From NCBI GenBank assembly GCA_030295235.1, contig AP026145.1, positions 124,001 through 188,000 on the forward strand: a stretch of 64,000 nucleotides of DNA. Reading direction: 5' to 3'. Under the pieces are notes generated by a model. The model was not told the DNA's origin. It saw nothing but the letters and a program-made list of their open reading frames with translations, and searched no databases. Origin of the DNA: Fistulifera solaris. Taxonomy: Eukaryota. Numbering within the stretch: the stretch's first letter is position 1; every line of letters starts with the position of its first letter. Positions 22,210 to 33,207 of the stretch are shown here, piece after piece. The position numbers and the translations under genes were made by a program.

Positions 22210-23646
22210 ATGTCGAGTCTATCGTACAAAGATAATCCTGGCGAAACATCAACATATGGCGAGGACGCCTTTCCGCCCACGGCGAGCGTCTTTCGATCGA
22301 ACGACGACAACGCCTCGACCGCGACCTCACGCCGTCGCAAGATTTGCTGCTGCTTGCCACGCCCGAAATCGCGTCGTGGTGTTTGGTTGTTGCGCGCAGT
22401 CTTTGCCTTTGGATTGCTGCTAATGGCTGTCATCGGAGTGGCTGTCTATCTTGGACTACAGAGTTCTTCGTCCACGCCCCGCAATGTCGGTCCCTTGATC
22501 ACGTCCGAAGAGATGGATCGCTACTTGCGTCAAGCCGTAGGAGCCAATGAATTGGAAAACAGAGACTCGTACACCAGTCTAGCCTACCGGTGGATGCTAC
22601 AAAATCCTTTCTCGTTACAAGAATTCCGCATGCGTGTGGAAGATCGGGTTTTGCAGCGATATGCCCTCGCGTGCTTGTACTACGCCACCTACCGCGTCAA
22701 CAACGACTGGCTTCGTTACAATCAAGGTTTGATGGATGCTCAACCTCAAGACATTTTTCCTTGGACCGAAAGCCAAGGATGGTTGGTGTACGCCAACGAG
22801 TGTGACTGGTACGGTATTACTTGCAATCAGTTCGGCTACGTCACCAGTTTGGACCTGGGCTCGAACGATTTGACAGGAGAAATCCCTCCGCAGTTGCAGT
22901 ACTTGAGTCACGGCTTAGAATTCTTGAATATCGAAGGCAACTACGCGTACAATGTTCATCCCCACTTTCTGGGAAAGCTGACCAATCTCAAGTACTTGTA
23001 CATGAAGGATTCATTGTTCGAGAGCGACGGTATTCCGCTGGTATTCGCTGCACTCACGAATCTGGAAGAATTTGATTGCTCGCACACCATGTTCCACGGA
23101 CCGCTACGCGAGGATATCTTTGAGAACATGGCGCAACTCCGGTATTTGGAAATTTCCGGCAATCAAGTGAACAGTACTCTGCCCCAATCCCTCATCAGTT
23201 TGCCCAATCTCAAGTACTTTTATGCTGATAATGTAGGACTGACGGGCAATTTGGAGTTTTTGCAAGACATGAGTGCCTTAGTGGAGACGTGGTTGGATCG
23301 CAATCCGACCTTAACAGGCACCCTCCCCACGATTTTGGGGCCACAGTTGGAGTCGCTCAGTTTGACACGCAACAATATCACAAGCAGCATTCCAGACGAA
23401 TGGGGTAGCCACTCCAAGTTGAAGCATTTGTGGCTGTACAGCAATTACTTGTACGGTTCCATCCCTCATTCCTTCCGAAAGTTATCTCAATTACAGACGT
23501 TTGCAGTTGAAGACAACTTGTTCACGGGAAACGTTGAACACATGTGCGCCGATTTGAGTATCCCGGATTTTCAAGTCGACTGTGAAATGGATTGCAGTTG
23601 CTGCAGTTGCTGTGGAATCGAAGAATGCACCGGTGAAAGAAGTTGA
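22210..23646 (+). CDS. Type II membrane leucine-rich-repeat protein (diatom-type LRR family)
   Basis: TM near the N-terminus, QRYALACLYYAT, ECDWYGITC cap, LxLxxNxLxGxIP repeats and Cys-rich tail DC...CSCCSCC. Confidence 0.92.
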   Translation: MSSLSYKDNPGETSTYGEDAFPPTASVFRSNDDNASTATSRRRKICCCLPRPKSRRGVWLLRAVFAFGLLLMAVIGVAVYLGLQSSSSTPRNVGPLITSEEMDRYLRQAVGANELENRDSYTSLAYRWMLQNPFSLQEFRMRVEDRVLQRYALACLYYATYRVNNDWLRYNQGLMDAQPQDIFPWTESQGWLVYANECDWYGITCNQFGYVTSLDLGSNDLTGEIPPQLQYLSHGLEFLNIEGNYAYNVHPHFLGKLTNLKYLYMKDSLFESDGIPLVFAALTNLEEFDCSHTMFHGPLREDIFENMAQLRYLEISGNQVNSTLPQSLISLPNLKYFYADNVGLTGNLEFLQDMSALVETWLDRNPTLTGTLPTILGPQLESLSLTRNNITSSIPDEWGSHSKLKHLWLYSNYLYGSIPHSFRKLSQLQTFAVEDNLFTGNVEHMCADLSIPDFQVDCEMDCSCCSCCGIEECTGERS

Positions 23647-23898
23647 ACGTGTCAGTACTGAGACACAATATGATTCTGGCTGACTACGGCTTTATTAGCA
23701 TTATTATATTTTTCCATTAAATATTACATCTTGCATCTAACAAGCATTTCAATCTCTTTAGTTTATTGACTTTCAACGCGCTATAAAGTACTTGTATTTG
23801 TGGTAGAAAAAGGAAAATAATGATGGCGAGATAACGATAATATTTACTCCTTATATGGTTCTTAACAATGAGCAGGTTCTTAACTCATGACTCATGAC

Positions 23899-24395
23899 TC
23901 AAGACTGCTTTGCAGTCGTGGTCTCCTGAACCAACACTTTGAGCCCATAGTAAATACACAAGACAACGTCTCGCAGGCTTTTCGACGTACAAATATTCGA
24001 AGGGGTGAAATGTAAACGCTGCGTAAGGCTATTGGACTGCAACAATGACAAACGGAGCTCAAGGAAAATTGGCGAACGAACGAATTGTAGGTAACAATGT
24101 CGCTCGAAAGGATATCGATTCATGACTGAAGTGCAGTCGTGGTAAATACGGACATCACTTTGGTAGATAGTAATAAACGGCAAACAACGTTTCGCAGGAT
24201 TCGACGTAAAAATATCAACGCGTGTAGTGTAAACGCTGCTAAGAACTATTTCATTGCAACAATGACAAAGGAAGCTCGAGATAATATGACGAACGAACAA
24301 ATTGTAGATAACAATGTCGCGCGAAAGAATATAGATTCATGACTGCGAAGTGCAGTCGTGGTAAATACGGACAACACTTTGGACAATAGTAAATA
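23899..24395 (+). repeat. Hairpin-headed ~220-bp repeat family, array of 3 heads and 2 bodies
   Basis: GACTG-N5-7-CAGTCGTGG...CACTTTG...TAGTAA heads, with CAGTCGTG at 23913, 24134 and 24353. The bodies align with each other. Confidence 0.9.
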
Positions 24396-24822
24396 TCTTG
24401 TTGCGTATTTTAATACAGACGGAAATTCTGTATTAATGTGTTTGTCGCATTGAACGACACCGGCCTGTTCGTGCAACGTCGACGTCATTGCAACCGGTTG
24501 AACTGAAATCTCGCGCTTGCGTCAATTGCTCTGCACGTCGTACGTGGTATCTTACCGTCTTTTCTCGCGAGCTTCAAAAAGTCAATGACGTCTCTTTCTC
24601 GTGTTGTTGGCGTGTTGTTATTACGTTTGCCGTCGCTGACATTCACTATCTTATTCTCGCTATCATTACTTCTTCATTTCCTTTAAAAGGTTTCCATCTC
24701 ATTCGCATTGAAAGAAAGGACCGCATTCATCAAAGGAAACCAAGCTTTGAAGAAGAAACGATCGCTTTCCTCCTCGCAAACTCATTTCTCCAGAACTACA
24801 TTTTCTCAACAACAAATTCATC

Positions 24823-27364
24823 ATGAGATTCTCTGCAGCCGTTTCGATGCTCTTTCTCTGCATCAATCCCCACGAGGGGTTTCAACTTTCAGGAAACTTT
24901 GCTCCTTTTGGGAAGAAAATGGCGGATGGAAAGGGAAGCAGCGCATACCTCGACAATATGAAAGCTTCATCCGCCTATGGAGCGTCCTCGCCGGCGACGC
25001 CCGTCAATGCGTTTGTAGGTGGCGCCGCCAACAACAACCAAGCTTACATTGCTCCTCCCAGTAGCTACAGTCCCTTTGGAAGGAAGATGGCGGACGGAAA
25101 GTCGAGTAGCCCTTACTTGAATGCTGTTGCATCGAATGCACCGACTTCCTCTTCTTACGAATCTTACTCGGCACCTGTCGAGATGCTCTCTGGATCCTCT
25201 CCTGTCGCTCCATCGGCTTCTACCAGTAGCTATTTGAGCAATATGGGAGGTTCGACTGCTGCTACAGCGAAGCCTGGTAACTATTCACCATTTGGTCGCA
25301 AAATGGGCGACGGAAAGTCGTCGAGTTCGTATCTGAACAATGTGGCTGGACCTTCTAAGGCTAGTGGAGGTTACAGTCCCTTTGGTAGGAAAATGGCTGA
25401 CGGAAAATCGAGCAGCCCATACTTGAATAGTGTCGCCTCCGCTACGCCAGCTTCTGCTTCTTTTACGGCACCTGTTGAGACTTCCTCTGAGCCCTCTGCC
25501 GTGGCTCAGTCGGCATCCACCAGCAGCTATTTGAGCAATATGGGAGGTGCCAGTGCTGCTAAAACCAAGCCAGGTAGCTATTCACCATTTGGCCGCAAGA
25601 TGGGGGACGGAAAGTCGTCGAGTTCTTACCTAAACACCGTCTCCGGTCCTTCGAAAGCTAGTGGAGGATACAGTCCCTTCGGTAAAAAAGATGGCAGACG
25701 GCAAATCTAGCAGCCCGTACTTGAATAGTGTTGCATCCGCTGCACCGGCTTCCTCCTCTTTTGAATCTTATTCTTCTCCTGTTCAGGCTTCTGCTCCTGT
25801 TCAAGCTTCTGAGCCTTCTGCCGTGGCTCCGTCGGCTTCTACTAGTAGCTATTTGAGCAGTATGGGAGGTGCCAGTGCCGCCAAGCCTGGTAGTTATTCA
25901 CCATTCGGTCGCAAAATGGGCGACGGAAAGTCATCTAGTTCGTATTTGAACACTGTCGCTGGTCCTTCTAAGGCTAGTGGCGGATACAGTCCCTTTGGTA
26001 GAAAGATGGCTGATGGAAAGTCGAGTAGCCCGTACTTAAACTCTGTTGCATCCGCTGCACCGGCTTCTACTTCTTACGACTTGTATGCAGCTCCCGTTCA
26101 AGCTGCCGAGCCTTCTGCTGCCGCTCCGCCTGCCTCTACCAGCAGCTACTTGAGCAATATGGGAGGTGCCAGTGCTGCAACAAGCAAGCCTGGTAGTTAT
26201 TCACCATTCGGTCGCAAGATGGGCGACGGAAAGTCTTCTAGTTCGTATTTGAACACTGTTTCTGGTCCTTCTAAGACTAGTGGCGGATACAGTCCCTTTG
26301 GTAGAAAGATGGCAGACGGCAAATCTAGCAGCCCATACTTGAATGCCGTTGCTTCCGCCGCTCCGGCTTCTACGTCGTACGATTCGTATGCAGCTCCCGT
26401 TCAAGCTGCTGAGCCTTCTGCTGCCGCCCCGCCTGCCTCTACCAGCAGCTACTTGAGCAATATGGGAGGTGCCAGCGCAGCTACAACTAAGCCAGGTAGC
26501 TATTCACCATTCGGTCGCAAAATGGGAGACGGAAAGTCTTCTAGTTCGTATTTGAACACTGTGGCTGGACCGTCTAAGGCCAGTGGTGCGTACAGTCCTT
26601 TTGGTAGAAAGATGGCTGATGGAAAGTCAAGTAGCCCGTACTTGAATTCTGTTGCATCCGCTGCTCCGGCTTCCACTTCGTACGAATCCTATTCGGCCCC
26701 TGTTCAGGCGTCTGCTCCTGTTCAAGCTTTTGAGCCTTCTGCTACCGCGCCGCCTGCCTCTACCAGCAGCTACTTAAGCAATATGGGAGGTGCCAGTGCC
26801 GCCAAGCCTGGTAGTTATTCACCATTCGGTCGCAAAATGGGCGACGGAAAGTCTTCTAGTTCGTATTTGAACACCGTCGCTGGACCGTCTAAGGCTGGTG
26901 GAGGATTCAGTCCTTTTGGTAGAAAGATGGCTGACGGCAAATCGAGTAGCCCGTACTTGAATGCCGTCGCTTCCGCGGCTCCGGCTTCTACGTCGTTCGA
27001 TTCGTATTCCGCTCCTCCTGCGTCCAGCTACTCTACCACTCCTGTTTCAGCACCACCGTCGGCAGCAACTTACTCGCCAGCCCCTGACGCGTCAGCAAGC
27101 TATGGATCTGCTCCAGCTGCTGCATCTCCATCCGCGCCTGCAACTGCTGCTTCGACTGGTTTTTCATACTTGAATACGTTGGCACCGGCGAATCCAGCTC
27201 CATTCAAGTACGCCCCAATAGACGGAAAGATGGGGGATGCGAGATCGGGAAACAGCTACTTGGATGGCCTTCGCAGCTACCAGCCAGTGTCGAATTCCTA
27301 CGGGTCACTCCAGGACTCGTTCTCAAGTGCTACGGGTGTGAATGAAATGTCTGGACGCCAGTAA
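24823..27364 (+). CDS. Predicted plastid-targeted, low-complexity tandem-repeat protein (~846 aa after removing one A at ~25684)
   Basis: Signal peptide MRFSAAVSMLFLCINPHEG|FQL. 14 copies of (Y/F)(S/A)PFG(R/K)KM(A/G)DGK plus one degenerate copy. Many synonymous differences between repeats. GGTAAAAAAGATG versus sibling GGTAGAAAGATG identifies the indel. Confidence 0.9.
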
Positions 27365-27501
27365 AGTTGATGCTTTATTCAAGAAGTCGAGACGTGTCAG
27401 AAGTACCATTTCGTAAATATTATAAAAGAATTCGTTAACGAGTAAATACTTTGTGTCAGCGTAATGTTGCCTAGCGTGCGGTTTGATATTCTTATACCGC
27501 T

Positions 27502-28395
27502 TCACACTAGAGGTTTGTCTGCGCTAAGAAAGCTATGCGTGACTTCGGTGAGACGCTCTCGAATCATCATCAGCAACGCACTTTTCAGCAGTGTATGCAA
27601 CAGCTGCAAGCGGCATCCTTGATACAAACCAGAACACCCCCTTTCGTTGTACTCTTTTCGCAACGTATTCCACAGACCGCCTTGAATCGATTGTGTCACG
27701 ATCAACATTTTTGCGCGAATGAGTGGATATGTTGCTATTGTCGCTACTAGTTTCGCAATCGCACCCAGACAGAATGCTTCCATCCAATGCAATGGCCGGT
27801 TCTGCTGATGACTGGCGTCGCGATGAAGTATTCGATGTCGGATACTGTCAAAGACAGTGTAATGAATGGACGGATTGGCGCAAAGCAAAAGAGATGGCAA
27901 TAGTCCTTTCCAGTATTTCGATAGCTCGGAAGCATATTGTTGAATTTTTGCAGAATTTAGCGAAGGAGTAGGAAATGTTTGAGGCCTGATTACACTTAGA
28001 TGTTTCATGTGAATCTGTTGCTGTTGTTGCTCTTGCGTCGAAATGACATCCAAGGGCAAAGTCACAAAAGTGTTACCGATCGCTGCTACTGCGGCCATCA
28101 GCAAGCGTAACAAGACAGACGGAGACTGCTGCCGGTGGCGCTTTCGAACGATGCGTTGAACTGAGGAATACAGATAAAAATAAACAAAATTGCTCGCCGC
28201 CGTGTGCGCGCTTTTCCATTGAATTCCAGCTAACAAGGAATGTAGTTTTGTGGAAGAAGACACCGCAGGACATCCTTGAATCAAAGTCTTGTAAACATCG
28301 AGCGGATAGAAAGACCATAAGGAAATCAAACCGGCCAAAGTACCAGCTACGGCATCACTCAGCGCCCTATTAGACTGAGTTTCGGAGGATGACAT
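27502..28395 (-). CDS. Mitochondrial-carrier-family protein, peroxisomal adenine nucleotide/CoA carrier-like (PMP34/ANT1 type)
   Basis: Three carrier signatures YPLDVYKT, LPLDVIST and YPLIRAKM; NFVYFYLYS; YWKGLLPSLLLCANPSIHY. Confidence 0.85.
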   Translation of the reverse strand: MSSSETQSNRALSDAVAGTLAGLISLWSFYPLDVYKTLIQGCPAVSSSTKLHSLLAGIQWKSAHTAASNFVYFYLYSSVQRIVRKRHRQQSPSVLLRLLMAAVAAIGNTFVTLPLDVISTQEQQQQQIHMKHLSVIRPQTFPTPSLNSAKIQQYASELSKYWKGLLPSLLLCANPSIHYTVFDSIRHRILHRDASHQQNRPLHWMEAFCLGAIAKLVATIATYPLIRAKMLIVTQSIQGGLWNTLRKEYNERGCSGLYQGCRLQLLHTLLKSALLMMIRERLTEVTHSFLSADKPLV

Positions 28396-28594
28396 GTTTT
28401 TGGTCAGTGATAGTGCGTCTGGAAATGCAATTCGTTTGCAATCACTTCAAGCTTCCTTATGTGAAGTGCTTGAGCAGTTAAAGAGCTTCATTGAGTTGAA
28501 ACTGTGTATTGTTCGTCTCACAACGCCGTAAAGGTACATGTTGTGACGCTTCATCCTTCATCGTGATGAGCACATAAATTCAAGAATTTATAAT

Positions 28595-29035
28595 CCTACA
28601 GAAATTCTGGCCGAGTTCGTGCGATCCTACGGAAGCCGAAGTGCTGTTCACGTCCCAGAATTTCTGGACCAGCTTTTTCGATCCGACCACAGCGTTCCAG
28701 AAATTCTGGAAACTGTGTTTTAAATCATAACGAAGGAAAGTACGCTTTCCAGAAATTCTGGAAAAGATATATCTAAATATACAGAAATTCTGTGATAGTC
28801 CAGAAATTCTGGACAAGCTTTTTCGATTAGACCGAAACGCAGTGCACGTTCCAGAAGATCTGGACAAGGTGGTTTCTGATCCTGACGAAAGAAAGTGGGC
28901 GTTCCAGAAATTCTGGAAACTGTGTTTTGGATCATAACGAAGGAAAGTGAGATTTCCAGAAATCCTGGACAAGATATATCTAAATATACAGAAATTCTGT
29001 TATGGTCCACAAAGTCTGGACCAGCTTTTTCAATT
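28595..29035. repeat. Array of ~11 near-palindromic CCAGAAATTCTGG words inside a 207-bp tandem duplication
   Basis: Copies at ~28599, 28655, 28697, 28749, 28782, 28800, 28851, 28904, 28956, 28989 and 29007. The block starting at 28692 is repeated at 28899. Confidence 0.9.
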
Positions 29036-29171
29036 GTTTTCAACACTAACAATCAAAAGGGCAAACTCAATATGAATTACCTTGCAATCTATTGATCGCT
29101 TCATAATGTCGATGATCTGCAGCTTTCTACGGAGTACTTTTTTGGACCTGATTGTTGTTCGTTTATCGATT

Positions 29172-29230
29172 TAGACTGGATTTCAGTCGTGATAGACATG
29201 ACTAGGCGAAAAACCTATGCACTAGACTAC
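29172..29230 (+). repeat. Solo degenerate head of the same repeat family
   Basis: GACTGGATTTCAGTCGTGA (CAGTCGTG at 29184) followed by CACTAGACTA. Confidence 0.45.
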
Positions 29231-29379
29231 CGGTAGTTTCGTCATGTGTTCACATCCCACTTGAACAGCGAATGCTGAAACAAACATCCCCAATTCTAGG
29301 CAATCCTTTCTTTAGCCAATCCGCAGCTACTCAATGAAAACAGCTAATGCAAAATCGCTACAATCCAAATCTTTTGAGT

Positions 29380-30348
29380 TTAGAACCGTCTAGACTTTTT
29401 CTGCTTACTCTTCGTCGTCGTTTTGGCTTTGTGCTTCTCGAACCGTTTTGAATGCCGATTTCGTTGTTCCGGATCGCGGTCCAAAACTAAATTATCAACA
29501 TTCGCCGCCAAAGACCCCAGATTACTGTAATTCTCTCGCTGCAGGCGCTTTCTCTCTTTCTTCTCCTGCCGTGTCACTGTCAAACGTACAAAGTTATCTT
29601 CTTCGTACTTTCGTTTCTCGTTTTGACGTTGTTCCATGCGTTGGTATTCACGCGTGGCGTTGATGCGTTCACCGGCGCCTTGGTTGTCTTCGGTCTCAGG
29701 TGTTTCCGTAAATTCGTGCCGAAGGGCTTGAGCAATTTCTCCCGCTCGTAATCGTTGACGGAGTCGTTTTTGTTGAACTTCGGAAGTGTGCGTAGCATCA
29801 TGTGTGTAGGGAACTGCCTGTAGACGTGGTGCTTGATAGATTGTTTCGGAATTCGACTCGTTGCTTTCTCCGCGCTCGAACGAAGCAACTTTCGCCCCAT
29901 CTTCGTCATCTTCATCGTCGTCGTCCTCTTCCTCATCTGCCAACTGCGGTTTGTAGGCCAACGGATCTTCTGCTGTGTTGAAATCACTGACACCGGCTGC
30001 TGCGAAGCTTGATGATTGCAAGGATAATAATTTCTCAATAGGATATTTCAGTTTCGCATCCATCGTTTTTAGTTTTTCTAAAACAGTCCTCATCTCTAAA
30101 AGACGACTCGAATGGTTTTCGTCATCCGCGCCTCCACCTTTCAAATGTACAACTAGGTCGATCAAGTACGACAACAAAACAGAATTTTTGACGTGCAAAA
30201 AGTCCAAACCGGGTTTTTGAGATACGGGCTTGTGCGATGAAGGATCCTCGTCCGTCGAGTGATAAAATCGTTCCGCATGCTCATCAATGAGAGCTTGCAC
30301 CGTCGACTGCACCTTGTGTGTCGTCTCTTTCACACTTGTGGCAGACAT
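29380..30348 (-). CDS. NGDN: Neuroguidin/Lcp5 (Sas10/Utp3/C1D family) SSU processome factor
   Basis: GLDFLHVKNSVLLSYL, RTVLEKL..MDAKLKYPIEKL, YQAPRL, YEEDNFVRL and a basic C-terminus. Confidence 0.85.
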   Translation of the reverse strand: MSATSVKETTHKVQSTVQALIDEHAERFYHSTDEDPSSHKPVSQKPGLDFLHVKNSVLLSYLIDLVVHLKGGGADDENHSSRLLEMRTVLEKLKTMDAKLKYPIEKLLSLQSSSFAAAGVSDFNTAEDPLAYKPQLADEEEDDDDEDDEDGAKVASFERGESNESNSETIYQAPRLQAVPYTHDATHTSEVQQKRLRQRLRAGEIAQALRHEFTETPETEDNQGAGERINATREYQRMEQRQNEKRKYEEDNFVRLTVTRQEKKERKRLQRENYSNLGSLAANVDNLVLDRDPEQRNRHSKRFEKHKAKTTTKSKQKKSRRF

Positions 30349-30798
30349 TATTTGATCTAGATGGTAAACAAATTAAAATCCTTCCAAATGTAGTAGTTTA
30401 TTGTCGCTTTACTGGTATTGTCGCTTTGTCGCTTTTTCGTTTTGTTCCGTTTTTTTTGGTGGACTTGAGTGAGCAGGCGCGATCGCAGGACAGACGAACC
30501 TAAGTCACGAATCATCACGAATAAAAAATGAAGAAAAAATTCAAATCTGGTCTAATTCATTTAAGTCGACATTTAGATGTAACCCAGACATACATTTGGT
30601 CAGCTGCTTTAAAATTCCTTTAAGTGAAGTTGAATGCAGATGCACGATGGCCTCTAAGGTTACGACGATCACAACAAAGTGTTCACATCGGAATAGAGGA
30701 ATGGCTACAAGTAAAAGAACCTACAACTACTATAGAAGAGGAATTCATTCACTTCATTAGACCTATTAGTTCCTTGACTCATACTTCGTATACAATTT

Positions 30799-31777
30799 CT
30801 AATCACTGTTCATCTTTTTGAGCTGGTCGACCGTGCGCTGCAAGCGGTGTTGCATCATGTTGCAAATATCGACATTGGCCTTTCCAACCTTGTGAGCAGG
30901 CATTTGAAGAACAGTCTTAACGTCTTGCAAAGCAAAGCGATAACGTTCAACACCTTCAAAGGCTTGAGCGCGTCGAATAAGTGCCTTGACATTGTCAGGC
31001 TCGACTTCGAGTACCGACGTGCAGTCAGCAATGGTTCCATCGAAATGACTAATTTGCTTGTAACAGGCAGCGCGGTTAGAGTAAGCCTTGAGAATCAAAT
31101 CCGATGTTCCTTGGTTCGACGCGATGAGGGCGTCGATGCATTTCGTGTATTCGACGGTGGCGGCCTCAAATTGAGCGTTCTTGTACAAGTCATCGCCCTT
31201 TTCTTTGTGCAATTCTGGACCACTCAAACTCGCTTTGCGTTTCGCTTCAGCCTTTTCGTATAGCGGGTTGACTTTAGCCTTGATTTTTTTCGATAATGGG
31301 ATTTCCCGAGTCGAGGCGACTCGCCAAATCGATCTGTTTGTAAGCACCGTAGACATCATTGGCAGCAAGAAGCTCCTCGGCCTTTTGACAGTACGCGGCA
31401 ACTTGATCGGCACGCACTAGCTCCTGCACTTGCTTCTTCATGTTTTTCAAATCCGCATTCGACGAACTGACTGCTAATCCGCTTTCGAGCGTCTTGACGC
31501 ATTCGTCTAGTTGGTTGAGGTTTTTCAAGGCCACGGCAAGGCGGAAGTATCCTTTGACGAAGCTGCGATCTGCTTTGATGCAGTTGCGAGAAGCATCTGC
31601 CATTTCTTCGAATTTACTCAGTTTCTCGAAACAAGCCGCCATGTTACTCCAGTACGCCGGAACAGAGTCATCTAACTTCGTCGCGGCTTGATACTTTTCG
31701 ATGGCTTCGGCGTATTTTCCGTTTTTGAAGAAGGTGTTTCCTTCTTCTTTTAAAGCTTCAGCTCCTGCGTGTGGCAT
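30799..31777 (-). CDS. TPR co-chaperone-like protein (carboxylate-clamp TPRs); one frameshift in A-run ~31285
   Basis: LKEEGNTFFK..Y.EAIEKY, YWSNMAAC, KGYFRLA, HKEKGDDLYK, YSNRAACY, KALIRRAQAFE. Confidence 0.88.
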
Positions 31778-32430
31778 TATTTCAAGTTCTTGTAGTAAAT
31801 ATTATTCAAAGTAGAAATAAAGTTCGTCGTTTTCCCTTTTCTTCTTCCCGCTTCCGTATTCAAATTGCTGGTCTAATAATAAAACAGGCACAAAAGGCAT
31901 TGGGAAAACAAACGCACCACATCCACTCATCACCGCGCGTCTACCGCGCAGTTGCCTTTAGATTCCACGTGGAACATGAACGAATTCAAGTGTCCATTGA
32001 GAGTTAGGGTTAAGGACAAGTCATTCAAAGAACGGGCAAAAAATCAAAAAAAATCAAGCGCGCAATAAAGATCACGGATCAGCGGTCACGGGTCGCGGTC
32101 ACGAGACGAGGAATGTCCGCTTTTCCCAATCAAGGAAAATCATTATACTCTTCAGTCTAGAGTAGAAGATAATCCGTGTTCGCATTTTTTCAAGGCCACG
32201 GCAACACCAAACGGGATTGCAAACGCACGACTTCTTCTCCGCAATGCTTCACTTTCTCCGCCGTGATGAAAGCGAACGACTTGCTTGCTAGCGCAAGCAA
32301 CTAAGGTCGTTAAGGTGGTTAGCTTCAATAGTAAAATTTCTAACCAAGATATCAAAGTCAAGTACATTTAAACGAGTCTATGCGTTATGCGTATTTTACA
32401 TTTTTACTAGCCAGCAAGAAACATCACATT

Positions 32431-33207
32431 TTAGGCAGCCGCTGCGGCTGCTTGGCCAGCGAATGTTCGATAAAGGGCATCCATTTTTATGAAGCTCTCC
32501 AAGACATCTATCATTGTTGAATGGTAAGTTCTTGCATCGGGTAGAAAGCCGAGAACTGTTGAAATCCGATCCAAATTTTGAAGAATGATGACAGATAGGG
32601 GAAATAATCGCACTGTCAGCTCGTCGTACTCAATCTTGAAATTCTTGGATGAAATTGCAACCAAATTGGAACACGCCAACTGAAATAGCCTGTATGCTGC
32701 TTCCCAGAGATCAAGAGCTCGGTGTGAGTCAGTCTCGATGATGGCTGCACTGATGTAAGCGTTCCCGAAATTATTGAGAAGCAATGCTGCGATAAGCCCA
32801 CCCATGTGCTTCTGTATTTCCACTTCATTCTTTGGGATTAGTTCGATGCGAATCAGGAAAAGTTTCAGAGTTTGTGAACTGTTGATGGCATCGTGCACAA
32901 TGTTGCGCACGGACTCAGCAATATCGTCTTCGGTTATTACTTTGACTTCGACACCTTCACAGCCTGGATGCGACGCCTTTTTAAATTGACTCTCTGAAAG
33001 CATCTGGTCGGCTTTATGAACTTTTTGTCGAGCCTCTGCTTCACGATGAGCGCATGGATCCTCGTTTGCATTTCTGAGGACTTGTATTCCGTCGGCGAAC
33101 GTTTCCATGGCTTCATTCAAATGCCCCTTCGAAAGAAGCGACACTGCATTGTTATTCAGCGCAATCGCACAAGAGTAAGACCACCCGATGTTGCTTGGCT
33201 TTTCCAT
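32431..33207 (-). CDS. Hypothetical helical protein ending in poly-Ala; paralogue of 8259-9011
   Basis: Likely start MEKPSN at 33207. AIALNNNAVSLL, LLNNFGNAYI, C-terminal GQAAAAA*. Confidence 0.8.
   Translation of the reverse strand: MEKPSNIGWSYSCAIALNNNAVSLLSKGHLNEAMETFADGIQVLRNANEDPCAHREAEARQKVHKADQMLSESQFKKASHPGCEGVEVKVITEDDIAESVRNIVHDAINSSQTLKLFLIRIELIPKNEVEIQKHMGGLIAALLLNNFGNAYISAAIIETDSHRALDLWEAAYRLFQLACSNLVAISSKNFKIEYDELTVRLFPLSVIILQNLDRISTVLGFLPDARTYHSTMIDVLESFIKMDALYRTFAGQAAAAAA

Noticed and set aside
23899..24395. CRISPR array interpretation of the hairpin-head repeats (also 54223-54915)
   Set aside because: The spacers are ~160 bp and homologous to each other, the context is eukaryotic and there are no cas genes.
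28580..29095. ORFs 28580-28972, 28720-29052 and 28895-29095 as repeat proteins
   Set aside because: They are translations of the palindromic DNA repeat in several frames, with no frame preference.
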